64,000 bases of DNA, taken from an uncultured Actinomycetes bacterium. GTDB taxonomy: Bacteria > Actinomycetota > UBA4738 > HRBIN12. The DNA is taken from positions 928,001 to 992,000 of the forward strand of contig CAVPIB010000001.1 in NCBI GenBank assembly GCA_963704885.1, in the 5' to 3' direction. The position numbers were made by a program, and so were the translations under genes. Positions 56,623-64,000 of this stretch are shown piece by piece; within the stretch, counting starts at the first letter, position 1; each line of letters starts with the position of its first letter. The notes beneath the pieces were generated by a model. That model had not been told where the DNA came from, did no database searches, and saw nothing but the letters and a program-made list of their open reading frames with translations.

Positions 56623-57018
56623 ATGGATCTGACCTTCACGGGCCGCGGGCTCGCGCTCACCGACGAGGTTCGGGAGATCGCCGAGCACAAGCTCTCGCAC
56701 CTCGCCCGGCTAGAGCCGCGGACGACGCGGGTGGATCTGGAGTTCATCGCCGAACATCACCCGAGGATCGACGGGACCACGCGCGTGGAGGCCGCACTCT
56801 TCGTGCCTCGCAAGACGTTCCGGGCCGAGGCCGAGGCCGAGGACGTCCCGACCGCGCTCGACCGGGTAGCTGAGCGCCTCGACCGGCAGATCAGGGATTA
56901 CCACGGCCGCCGCAAGAAGCGGGCGGCCCGCAAGGATGCACTAGAATCCGCGCGCCCGAGGCCCCAGACTGCCGATACAACGGGGGAGCAGACCGGAGAG
57001 GATCTGGGGGGACAGTGA
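56623..57018 (+). CDS. hpf: Ribosome hibernation factor HPF/RaiA (short)
   Basis: MDLTFTGRGLALTDEVREIAEHKL...FRAEAEAEDVPTALDRVAERLDRQIRDYH; no C-terminal dimerisation domain. Confidence 0.9.
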   Translation: MDLTFTGRGLALTDEVREIAEHKLSHLARLEPRTTRVDLEFIAEHHPRIDGTTRVEAALFVPRKTFRAEAEAEDVPTALDRVAERLDRQIRDYHGRRKKRAARKDALESARPRPQTADTTGEQTGEDLGGQ

Positions 57019-57704
57019 CGTCCAAGGGCGAGAATGGAACGGCTGAGCGGCTCCGAGTGATGGTGGTGGACGATCACGCCTTGTTCCGAAGGGGCCTGGA
57101 GATGGTCCTTCAGGGAGAGGAAGACCTGGAGCTGGTCGGTGAAGCCTCCGACGGAGCCGAGGCGGTCGACAGGGCCACCGAGCTGATGCCCGACGTGGTG
57201 CTCATGGACGTACGGATGCCCAAGCGCTCCGGTATCGAGGCCGCAGGTCAGATCAAGGACCTGCTGCCGCATGTGAAGATCCTGATGCTCACGATCAGCG
57301 ACGAGGAGGCGGACCTCTACGACGCGATCAAAGCGGGGGCCTCGGGATACCTCCTCAAGGAGATCCCGATCGAGGAGGTAGCCGACGCCATCCGCTCCGT
57401 CTGGGCGGGGCAATCGCGGATCTCACCCTCGATGGCCTCCAAGCTCCTGACCGAGTTCGCCGCCATGTCCAAGGCTTCCGACGAACGCCCGCAGATGCCG
57501 GCGCCGCGGCTCACGGATCGCGAGATGGAGGTCCTGCGACTCGTCGCGCAGGGCCTGAACAACCGCGACATCGCCAAGGAGCTGTTCATCTCAGAGAACA
57601 CGGTCAAGAACCACATCCGCAACATCCTGGAGAAGCTCCACCTGCACTCGCGGATGGAGGCGGTCGTCTACGCCGTCCGCGAGAAGATGATCGAGATCAG
57701 CTGA
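57015..57704 (+). CDS. NarL/LuxR-family response regulator (orphan)
   Basis: VDDHALFRRG, LMDVRMP, LTDREMEVL, ISENTVKNHIRNILEKL. Confidence 0.95.
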   Translation: MTSKGENGTAERLRVMVVDDHALFRRGLEMVLQGEEDLELVGEASDGAEAVDRATELMPDVVLMDVRMPKRSGIEAAGQIKDLLPHVKILMLTISDEEADLYDAIKAGASGYLLKEIPIEEVADAIRSVWAGQSRISPSMASKLLTEFAAMSKASDERPQMPAPRLTDREMEVLRLVAQGLNNRDIAKELFISENTVKNHIRNILEKLHLHSRMEAVVYAVREKMIEIS

Positions 57705-57726
57705 ACGTGTTGGAGGCGGGGGATAG

Positions 57727-58185
57727 GTGACTGTGAGCGATCCCACGCTCGAAGCCGCACGCAGCATCGTGGACGAGTCGTTGGACGCGATGCGCGCCGC
57801 GATAACCGGAGCGTCGGCCGACGCATTGAACGGTCGCCCTGCCGGCGACGACTCGAACCCCATCGCGGTGTTGGTCGTGCACGCGCTGAGCAGCACGCGC
57901 TGGTGGTTGAGCGTGGCCTTGGGTCAGCCGGTCCCCGAGCGGGACCGCCCGGCCGAGTTCCTCACGACGGTGGCTAGCGCCGATGAGCTGCTCGGATCGT
58001 TCGATCCGATCGCCGCCGACTGCCGGGCGTTGTTGAGCACCGATGTTGCGTTCGACCCAGGAGCGATCCGCGAGGACCCACGCGACGGCGACAAGGTGAC
58101 GGCGGCGTGGGCGCTCATCCACGCGGTGGAGCACCTACGCGAGCACGTCGGTCACGCGGAGCTCACCCGTCAGCTGCTCGGATGA
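57727..58185 (+). CDS. DinB/DUF664-like protein
   Basis: NPIAVLVVH...WALIHAVEHLREHVGHAELTRQL. Confidence 0.85.
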   Translation: MTVSDPTLEAARSIVDESLDAMRAAITGASADALNGRPAGDDSNPIAVLVVHALSSTRWWLSVALGQPVPERDRPAEFLTTVASADELLGSFDPIAADCRALLSTDVAFDPGAIREDPRDGDKVTAAWALIHAVEHLREHVGHAELTRQLLG

Positions 58186-58272
58186 CCGGGGCCGCTCCGA
58201 GGCTTGAACCGCTCGGCCGATAGAATCGAAGGACCCACTGACCCGAACCTCCCCTTGGAAAGGCCTGTTCCC

Positions 58273-60963
58273 TTGGTACTGGACAAGATCGCGAACCTCG
58301 GCGAAGGCCGGAAACGCAAGAACCTGGAGTCGCTCGCGCAGCTGGTGCTGACGTATGAGCCGGAGTTCGAGGAGCTCACGGACGATGAGCTCGGCGGCAA
58401 GACCTCGGAGTTCCGCCAGCGCGTCGAGAACGGCGAAGATCTGGACGACCTGCTTCCCGAGGCGTTCGCCGCCGCCCGTGAAGCCTCCAAGCGCTCGACC
58501 GGGAAGCGCCACTTCGACGTTCAGGTCATGGGCGCCGCCGCGCTGCACCAAGGCAACATCGCCGAGATGAAGACCGGCGAGGGCAAGACGCTCGCGGCCA
58601 CCATGCCCGCGTACCTGAACTCGCTCACGGGCAAGGGCGTCCACATCGTCACCGTGAACGACTTCCTGGCCAAGCGCGACTCGGAATGGATGGGACCGAT
58701 CTACCGATCCCTCGATGTGCATGTGGGCCTGATCCAGTCGGCGATGTCGCCCGCCGAGCGGCGACCCGCCTACGCGGCGCCCATCACTTACGGCACCAAC
58801 AACGAGTTCGGGTTCGACTACCTGCGCGACAACATGGCCATGCGGATCGACGACTGCGTCCAGCACGGGTATCAGTACGCGATCGTCGACGAGGTCGACT
58901 CGATACTGATCGATGAGGCCCGTACCCCACTGATCATCAGCGGCATGGTGGCCGACAGTGCCAAGTGGTATCAGACGTTCGCCCGGATCGCGCCGCGCCT
59001 GAAGCGCGACGAGGACTACGAGGTTGAGGAGTCCAAGTACCAGGTAGCCGTGACGGAGTCCGGCGTGGCCAAGGTGGAGGAGATGCTCGGCATCGAGAAC
59101 CTCTACGAGCACGTCAACACGCCCCTCGTGCACCACATGCAGAACTCGTTGCGAGCCAAGGAGCTCTATAAGCGCGACGTGGCCTACGTGGTCCAGGACG
59201 GAGAGGTGAAGATCGTCGATGAGTTCACCGGGCGAGTGCTGGAGGGCCGGCGCTACTCGGAGGGTCTGCACCAGGCGATCGAGGCGAAGGAGGGTGTCCG
59301 GATCAAAGAGGAGAACCAGACGCTCGCCACGATCACCATCCAGAACTACTTCAAGATGTACGACAAGCTCTCGGGCATGACCGGAACCGCCAAGACGCAG
59401 CAGACCGAGTTCGAAGCGACGTACAAGATCGGCGTGGTGGAGATCCCCACCAACCGCGACATGGTCCGAAAGGACAACCAAGACGGGATCTTCAAGAACG
59501 AGGAAGCCAAGTGGAACGCCGTCGTCGAGGACATCGTCGAGCGGAACGCCGCCGGCCAGCCCATCCTGGTGGGCACGGTCTCCATCGAGACGTCCGAACT
59601 GCTCTCGGGCAAGTTGAACCGGCGGGGTGTGCAGCACCACGTCCTGAACGCCAAGAACCACGAGAAGGAGGCCATGATCGTGGCTCAGGCGGGTCGCAAG
59701 GGCGCGGTCACGGTCGCGACGAACATGGCGGGCCGCGGCGTGGACATCCTGCTCGGCGGCAACCCCGAGTACCTGGCTCGCCAGGAGATGGCCGCCCGCG
59801 AATGGGACAACGACGCCTACCTCATGTTCGAGATGCAGGAGGAGGATCGTGAGGCCTACGAGGCCGAGTACGAGCCGATCCTGGAGAAGTTCGAGGCTCA
59901 GACCAACGCCGAACATGACGAGGTGGTCGGGTTGGGCGGCCTGTACGTCTTGGGCACCGAGCGGCATGAGTCGCGCCGGATCGACAACCAGCTCCGGGGT
60001 CGGTCGGGACGTCAGGGTGACCCCGGGGAGTCGGCGTTCTACCTCTCGCTCGAAGACGACCTGATGCGGTTGTTCGCAAGCGATCGCGTGGCCTCGATCA
60101 TGGAGCGGCTGAAGTGGCCCGACGACGAGCCCATCACCGCGAAGATGGTGACCAAGGCGGTCGAGAACGCCCAGAAACAGATCGAGGAGCTCAACTACGA
60201 GCGCCGCAAGAACGTTCTGAAGTACGACGACGTCATGAACCACCAGCGCGAGGTGATCTACGGCGAGCGCCGCCGGATCCTCGAGGGCCAGGACTTCGGG
60301 GAACAGGCGCGCGACATGGTGGAGCAAGTGGTGGCCGACACGGTGGAGCAGTACTGCTCCGCAGAGGTGTTCCCGGAGGAGTGGGACCTGGACGCGGTCC
60401 TGGTGGCGGAGACCGAGATCTTCCCGGTCGCGTCTACGAAGGCCGTCATCGAGAGCGTCCGCGAGCTGCCGGATCTTCAGGCGCTGTTCGTGGAGGAGGC
60501 GCTGGCGGCCTACGACGCGAAGGAGGCGACCATGACCACCCCGGTCATGCGCGACCTCGAGCGCGTCGTCCTGTTGAATATCACGGACACGAAGTGGCGC
60601 GAGCACCTCTACGAGATGGACTATCTGCAGGAGGGGATCCACCTGCGCTCATACGCGCAGAAGGACCCACTGACCGAGTATCAACGCGAGGCGTTCGACA
60701 TGTTCTCGGAATTGACGGATTCCATCCGCGAGGACTTCGCCCGCTACATCTACCGGGTGGAGTTCGTGCGGCCCGAGGCACAGCAGGCACGGCCGCAGCG
60801 CGTCTCGGACAACCGCGCCGAGGTCGAGAGCGGGGGAGCGGCTGAGAGCGCCACCCCCGCCGGCAATCCCCAGCAGGCGATCAGCGACAAGGTGCCGCGG
60901 AACGCCCCGTGCCCCTGCGGCTCGGGTAGGAAGTTCAAGAAGTGCCATGGAGCCGCGGTCTAG
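58273..60963 (+). CDS. secA: Preprotein translocase ATPase SecA
   Basis: [67 protein letters not shown]; TTG start after SD GGAAAGG. Confidence 0.98.
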   Translation: MVLDKIANLGEGRKRKNLESLAQLVLTYEPEFEELTDDELGGKTSEFRQRVENGEDLDDLLPEAFAAAREASKRSTGKRHFDVQVMGAAALHQGNIAEMKTGEGKTLAATMPAYLNSLTGKGVHIVTVNDFLAKRDSEWMGPIYRSLDVHVGLIQSAMSPAERRPAYAAPITYGTNNEFGFDYLRDNMAMRIDDCVQHGYQYAIVDEVDSILIDEARTPLIISGMVADSAKWYQTFARIAPRLKRDEDYEVEESKYQVAVTESGVAKVEEMLGIENLYEHVNTPLVHHMQNSLRAKELYKRDVAYVVQDGEVKIVDEFTGRVLEGRRYSEGLHQAIEAKEGVRIKEENQTLATITIQNYFKMYDKLSGMTGTAKTQQTEFEATYKIGVVEIPTNRDMVRKDNQDGIFKNEEAKWNAVVEDIVERNAAGQPILVGTVSIETSELLSGKLNRRGVQHHVLNAKNHEKEAMIVAQAGRKGAVTVATNMAGRGVDILLGGNPEYLARQEMAAREWDNDAYLMFEMQEEDREAYEAEYEPILEKFEAQTNAEHDEVVGLGGLYVLGTERHESRRIDNQLRGRSGRQGDPGESAFYLSLEDDLMRLFASDRVASIMERLKWPDDEPITAKMVTKAVENAQKQIEELNYERRKNVLKYDDVMNHQREVIYGERRRILEGQDFGEQARDMVEQVVADTVEQYCSAEVFPEEWDLDAVLVAETEIFPVASTKAVIESVRELPDLQALFVEEALAAYDAKEATMTTPVMRDLERVVLLNITDTKWREHLYEMDYLQEGIHLRSYAQKDPLTEYQREAFDMFSELTDSIREDFARYIYRVEFVRPEAQQARPQRVSDNRAEVESGGAAESATPAGNPQQAISDKVPRNAPCPCGSGRKFKKCHGAAV

Positions 60964-60976
60964 ACCGCGGCTCCAT
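60947..60976. repeat. Perfect 30-bp palindrome centred on the secA stop
   Basis: ATGGAGCCGCGGTCT|AGACCGCGGCTCCAT. Confidence 0.9.
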
Positions 60977-60987
60977 CGGGTGGACGA

Positions 60988-61020
60988 GACGGGGGCCGGC
61001 CCGAAGGGCCGGCCCCCGTC
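60988..61020. terminator. Bidirectional GC-rich hairpin after secA
   Basis: GACGGGGGCCGGCCC-GAA-GGGCCGGCCCCCGTC. Confidence 0.75.
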
Positions 61021-61038
61021 GTGCGGAGAGGGGGTACC

Positions 61039-61305
61039 TCACCGGCACTGGTGACAGACGTAGTCCCCGATCGTGATCGGCTGCCGGGCGGGGAGCCTGT
61101 CCGAGGTCCCCACCTTGACGCTTCCGTCGCGACTCAGCTGCTCGAACTTCGCGCCGGCGGGCACGGTGTCTGCGGAGCTAGACCCGCGCGTCATCGCGAA
61201 GAGCGTGACGGCCAGGACGATCGTGAGCAGGATCGCGGCGACCCGTGCTCCGGCCCAGCTGACGCCGACCTGGGTTCCCTGGATGGTTCCGGCCCTCGTG
61301 CTCAT
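61039..61305 (-). CDS. Small single-TM protein with terminal CxxC (CHQCR)
   Basis: SD GAGGAGG, hydrophobic helix AAILLTIVLAVTLFAM, ends ...GDYVCHQCR. Confidence 0.65.
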   Translation of the reverse strand: MSTRAGTIQGTQVGVSWAGARVAAILLTIVLAVTLFAMTRGSSSADTVPAGAKFEQLSRDGSVKVGTSDRLPARQPITIGDYVCHQCR

Positions 61306-61434
61306 CGTCTCCTCCTCGGTTCCCGTGTCGCCCGGTTGGGCGATCCCACAAGCGCACGGTATCCAGGGGCGCCTGGCCGGTCGGTGGCAGCGCGCACCGT
61401 CGCTGGGTGTCGTTCGTCACCGCTCCTGTTGTGA

Positions 61435-62193
61435 CTACGACGAGGGTGAGACGAACCGGATCAGCTCTTCGCGATCCGAGCCTCCCGACACGCCGAGGGC
61501 GAGGACTATTCCGATCCCTTCCGCGTAGAGCTTGTATTCGAGGATCTTCGGGTGGAGTGGGGTGTACTCCCGGGTCAGGATGACCTCGGAGAAGTGTCCG
61601 TAGGGGACCTCAGCCTGCTCGGTGATGCTCAGTATCGTTGCGGCATCCTCCGCCTCACCGGCGAGATACTCCTGGCGATAGGAGAGCCCAACCTGGGGAT
61701 CCGCGGGCATGACCACGCCCGGCTGGGCGCCGTCCACGCCTGCCTCCCAGGACCCGGCCGTGCTCACGACCACGCCATTCTCGTACTCCTTGGTTTTCTC
61801 GCCCAGGTACCACACGTTCCCGCAGACATCCTGTGCGTACCAGTCGAACGTGTTCTCGACCCACTGCCCGTGCGCGGTCACGAGGTCGTGCACAACCGTG
61901 GCCGTGAGACCCAGGATCTCCTTCGTGCGGGTCGTGACGATCACCTTCACCTTCTTAGTTTCCCCATCAGGATCGGTCTCGCGGTAGATCGACCTGGCGC
62001 CCGGTGTCATGGGCAGGTAGGGGTTGTCGATCCCCTCAACGAAGTCAGCTGGGTCGATGATCACCGGCTCGCTGCCCTGAGGGATCGCGATGGGACAGGT
62101 GCCGGCCGCGGCGACGCCGCCCGGCAGCAAGGAGAGACCGAGCGCCACTACCGCGCCGAGTCCCACCAGCCTGCGTGTCGTCCTGTCGAACAT
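61435..62193 (-). CDS. Conserved secreted hypothetical protein
   Basis: Signal peptide; IDNPYLPM.PG, DWYAQD..GNVWYLGE, GSWEAGVDGA.PG..MP, YRQEY..GEAED; SD AGGAGG. Confidence 0.8.
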   Translation of the reverse strand: MFDRTTRRLVGLGAVVALGLSLLPGGVAAAGTCPIAIPQGSEPVIIDPADFVEGIDNPYLPMTPGARSIYRETDPDGETKKVKVIVTTRTKEILGLTATVVHDLVTAHGQWVENTFDWYAQDVCGNVWYLGEKTKEYENGVVVSTAGSWEAGVDGAQPGVVMPADPQVGLSYRQEYLAGEAEDAATILSITEQAEVPYGHFSEVILTREYTPLHPKILEYKLYAEGIGIVLALGVSGGSDREELIRFVSPSS

Positions 62194-62242
62194 GTCCTTC
62201 CTCCTCCTGGTCGACTGCACAGCCGCAGTCTCGTGGGCGAGT

Positions 62243-62291
62243 CCTGAACGAGGCCTGAATGATCGTGCGAGTTCGTTCAGCGGGGGTTCAG
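62243..62291. promoter_or_regulatory. Two oppositely oriented 11-bp-period direct repeats (OmpR-type sites)
   Basis: CCTGAA-N5-CCTGAA (62243-62259) and GTTCAG-N5-GTTCAG (62275-62291) in the divergent intergenic region. Confidence 0.55.
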
Positions 62292-62335
62292 AGACAGGAT
62301 GGATGATGATGTGCTGACCAGAAGGAGGAGATCCC

Positions 62336-63013
62336 ACGCGCGTCCTGGTCGTTGAGGATGAGAAGGGGCTTGCCGCAGGGCTGAAGAGGGGCCTCGAGGC
62401 GGAGGGGTTCGCCACGGACGTCGCCTTCGACGGCACGGATGGTCTGTGGATGGCGCGCGAAAACCCCTACGACGCCATCGTGCTGGACATCATGTTGCCC
62501 GGCGTGAACGGCTACAAGGTGTGCGCCACGCTCCGCTCAGAGGGCGTGTGGACCCCCATCCTGATGCTCACCGCCAAAGACGGTGAGTTCGACGAAGCCG
62601 AGGCGTTGGACACGGGCGCGGACGACTACGTGACGAAGCCGTTCTCGTACCTGGTGTTGGTCGCCAGGTTGCGTGCGGTGATCAGGCGCGGTGCCGGCGA
62701 GCGACCGGCCGTGCTGGAAGCCGGGGATCTCCGGTACGACCCCGGGGGGCGCCGGACCTGGAGGGCCGAGGTCCAGGTGGATCTGACCGCGCGGGAGATG
62801 GCGCTCCTGGAGTTCCTGCTCCGACACAAGGGTGAGGTGGTGTCCAAGCGGGAGATCCTGGAGCACGTCTGGGACTACGACTTCGAGGGCGATCCGAACA
62901 TCGTGGAGGTCTACGTGGGGCATCTGCGAAACAAGCTCGATCGGCCCTTCGGGCGCGCCGCGCTCGAGACCGTGCGCGGCGTCGGCTACCGACTAGCGGC
63001 CGACGGCGGCTGA
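62336..63013 (+). CDS. OmpR/PhoB-family response regulator, apparent ACG start
   Basis: ACG-CGC-GTC-CTG.. = (M)RVLVVEDEKGLAAGLKRGLEAEGF, 5 nt after SD AAGGAGGAG; LDIMLPG, GADDYVTKPF, ETVRGVGY. Confidence 0.88.
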   Translation, partial: TRVLVVEDEKGLAAGLKRGLEAEGFATDVAFDGTDGLWMARENPYDAIVLDIMLPGVNGYKVCATLRSEGVWTPILMLTAKDGEFDEAEALDTGADDYVTKPFSYLVLVARLRAVIRRGAGERPAVLEAGDLRYDPGGRRTWRAEVQVDLTAREMALLEFLLRHKGEVVSKREILEHVWDYDFEGDPNIVEVYVGHLRNKLDRPFGRAALETVRGVGYRLAADGG

Positions 63014-64000
63014 TGCGCGACCGCATGGGGTCGATCCGGGTCCGCACGACCGCGGTGGCCGTCCTCGTCGTGGGGGTGAGCCTGTTGGTGGCGGCGACCA
63101 TGGTGGTGACCTTCCTCGACCGGTCGCTGCGGGGCCACGTTCGAACCGAAGGCCTGATCCGCGCAGAGGCGATCATGGACGAGCTGGCGGCCGGCGCCAG
63201 CGCCTTCACGCCGGGCGATCCGGATGAGGAGTTCGTCCAGATCCTGGACGCTGACGGGAACGTCGTGATGGCGAGCGTCAACGTGTTGGGCCGACCACCG
63301 ATCGTCCGGATCTCGCCCGGCCAGACGAGCACGATCGAAACGGTACCCTTCGAGGACGAGCCCTTCCTCGCGGTCGCGACCTCCGCGAGCGAAGGCCGTG
63401 GAACGGTGATCGTGGGGCGGAGCCTCGAGGCCCAGGTCGAAGCCAGAGGTGCCGTGATCGTTCTCCTGGGGGTCGCGGTTCCGATCCTGCTCCTGATAGT
63501 CGGCGCGGTGACGTGGTACCTGGTCGGTCGGGCCCTGGCGCCGGTCGATCTCATACGGGCAGAGGTGGAAGCCATCTCCAGCAGCGAGCTCCACCGACGT
63601 GTTCCGGACCCTCCCGGCTCGGACGAGATCGCTCGACTGGCCGCCACGATGAATCGGATGCTGGCGCGCCTGGAGGAGGGTCACCTGCGCCAGCGCCGAT
63701 TCGTTTCCGATGCCTCGCACGAGCTGCGCTCGCCGGTCGCGTCTATCCGCCAGCATGCCGAGGTGGCCCTGCAACATCCGGAGGCTACGGGTACCGACGA
63801 GCTCGCCCGGGCGGTGCTCGACGAAGCCCTCCGCCTGCAGGGGATCGTCGACGACCTGCTGCTCCTCTCGAGCATCGACGAGGGCACGCTGCAGGTTCGT
63901 TCCGGCCCGGTCGACCTGGACGACGTGGTGTTCGAGGAGGTCGCGCGGCTCCGGGGCTCGACCGATCTTCGGGTCGACAGCGAGTCTGTGTCGGCGGCGC
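63013..64000 (+). CDS. HAMP-domain sensor histidine kinase (runs off right edge)
   Basis: ATG overlaps the regulator stop; two TM helices, HAMP DEIARLAATMNRMLARL, FVSDASHELRSP. Confidence 0.92.
   Translation, partial: MRDRMGSIRVRTTAVAVLVVGVSLLVAATMVVTFLDRSLRGHVRTEGLIRAEAIMDELAAGASAFTPGDPDEEFVQILDADGNVVMASVNVLGRPPIVRISPGQTSTIETVPFEDEPFLAVATSASEGRGTVIVGRSLEAQVEARGAVIVLLGVAVPILLLIVGAVTWYLVGRALAPVDLIRAEVEAISSSELHRRVPDPPGSDEIARLAATMNRMLARLEEGHLRQRRFVSDASHELRSPVASIRQHAEVALQHPEATGTDELARAVLDEALRLQGIVDDLLLLSSIDEGTLQVRSGPVDLDDVVFEEVARLRGSTDLRVDSESVSAA

Noticed and set aside
58135-60642. 835-aa minus-strand ORF
   Set aside because: Antisense shadow of secA.
61039-61056. c-type heme motif or Sec readthrough at CHQCR-TGA
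   Set aside because: Motif is CxxCR, not CxxCH; the TGA is not at a Cys-equivalent position and no SECIS-like loop follows.

Overview
High-GC chromosomal segment from an Actinomycetota genome (whiB, DUF3499, F420 genes, manB-trm112-ahcY-comF-hpf-secA synteny), possibly a deep-branching lineage. Left to right: (1) an archaeal-style DNA end-resection set (nurA, herA, sbcD/mre11, sbcC/rad50), preceded by an AhpD-like peroxidase with an in-frame TGA in a CxxU motif and a SECIS-like hairpin, i.e. a probable selenoprotein that the ORF track splits in two; (2) thioesterase and aconitase; (3) a DosR/DevR-like dormancy island (regulator, GAF kinase, Hsp20, CBS-BON, USP, DoxX, DUF1918) with paired 16-bp boxes at four promoters, plus a cupredoxin-fused two-domain multicopper oxidase; (4) an ApbE flavinylation/ferric-reductase-like operon with two small orphan exported proteins; (5) an LCP/rhamnose/Wzm-Wzt cell-wall glycan cluster; (6) cofE-cofD-fbiC F420 synthesis, whiB and a histone-H1-like repeat protein; (7) manB, pgi/pmi, punA, ahcY, comF, a raiA-motif ncRNA, hpf, secA; (8) an OmpR-family two-component system. 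Other signals: apparent ATC and ACG starts, many leaderless promoters, two 9-codon leaderless uORFs, a shared palindromic operator at whiB and DUF3499, and long perfect inverted repeats over the fbiC and secA stops. No CRISPR, tRNA, rRNA or mobile element was seen. Family assignments come from motif recognition by eye; no database searches were run.
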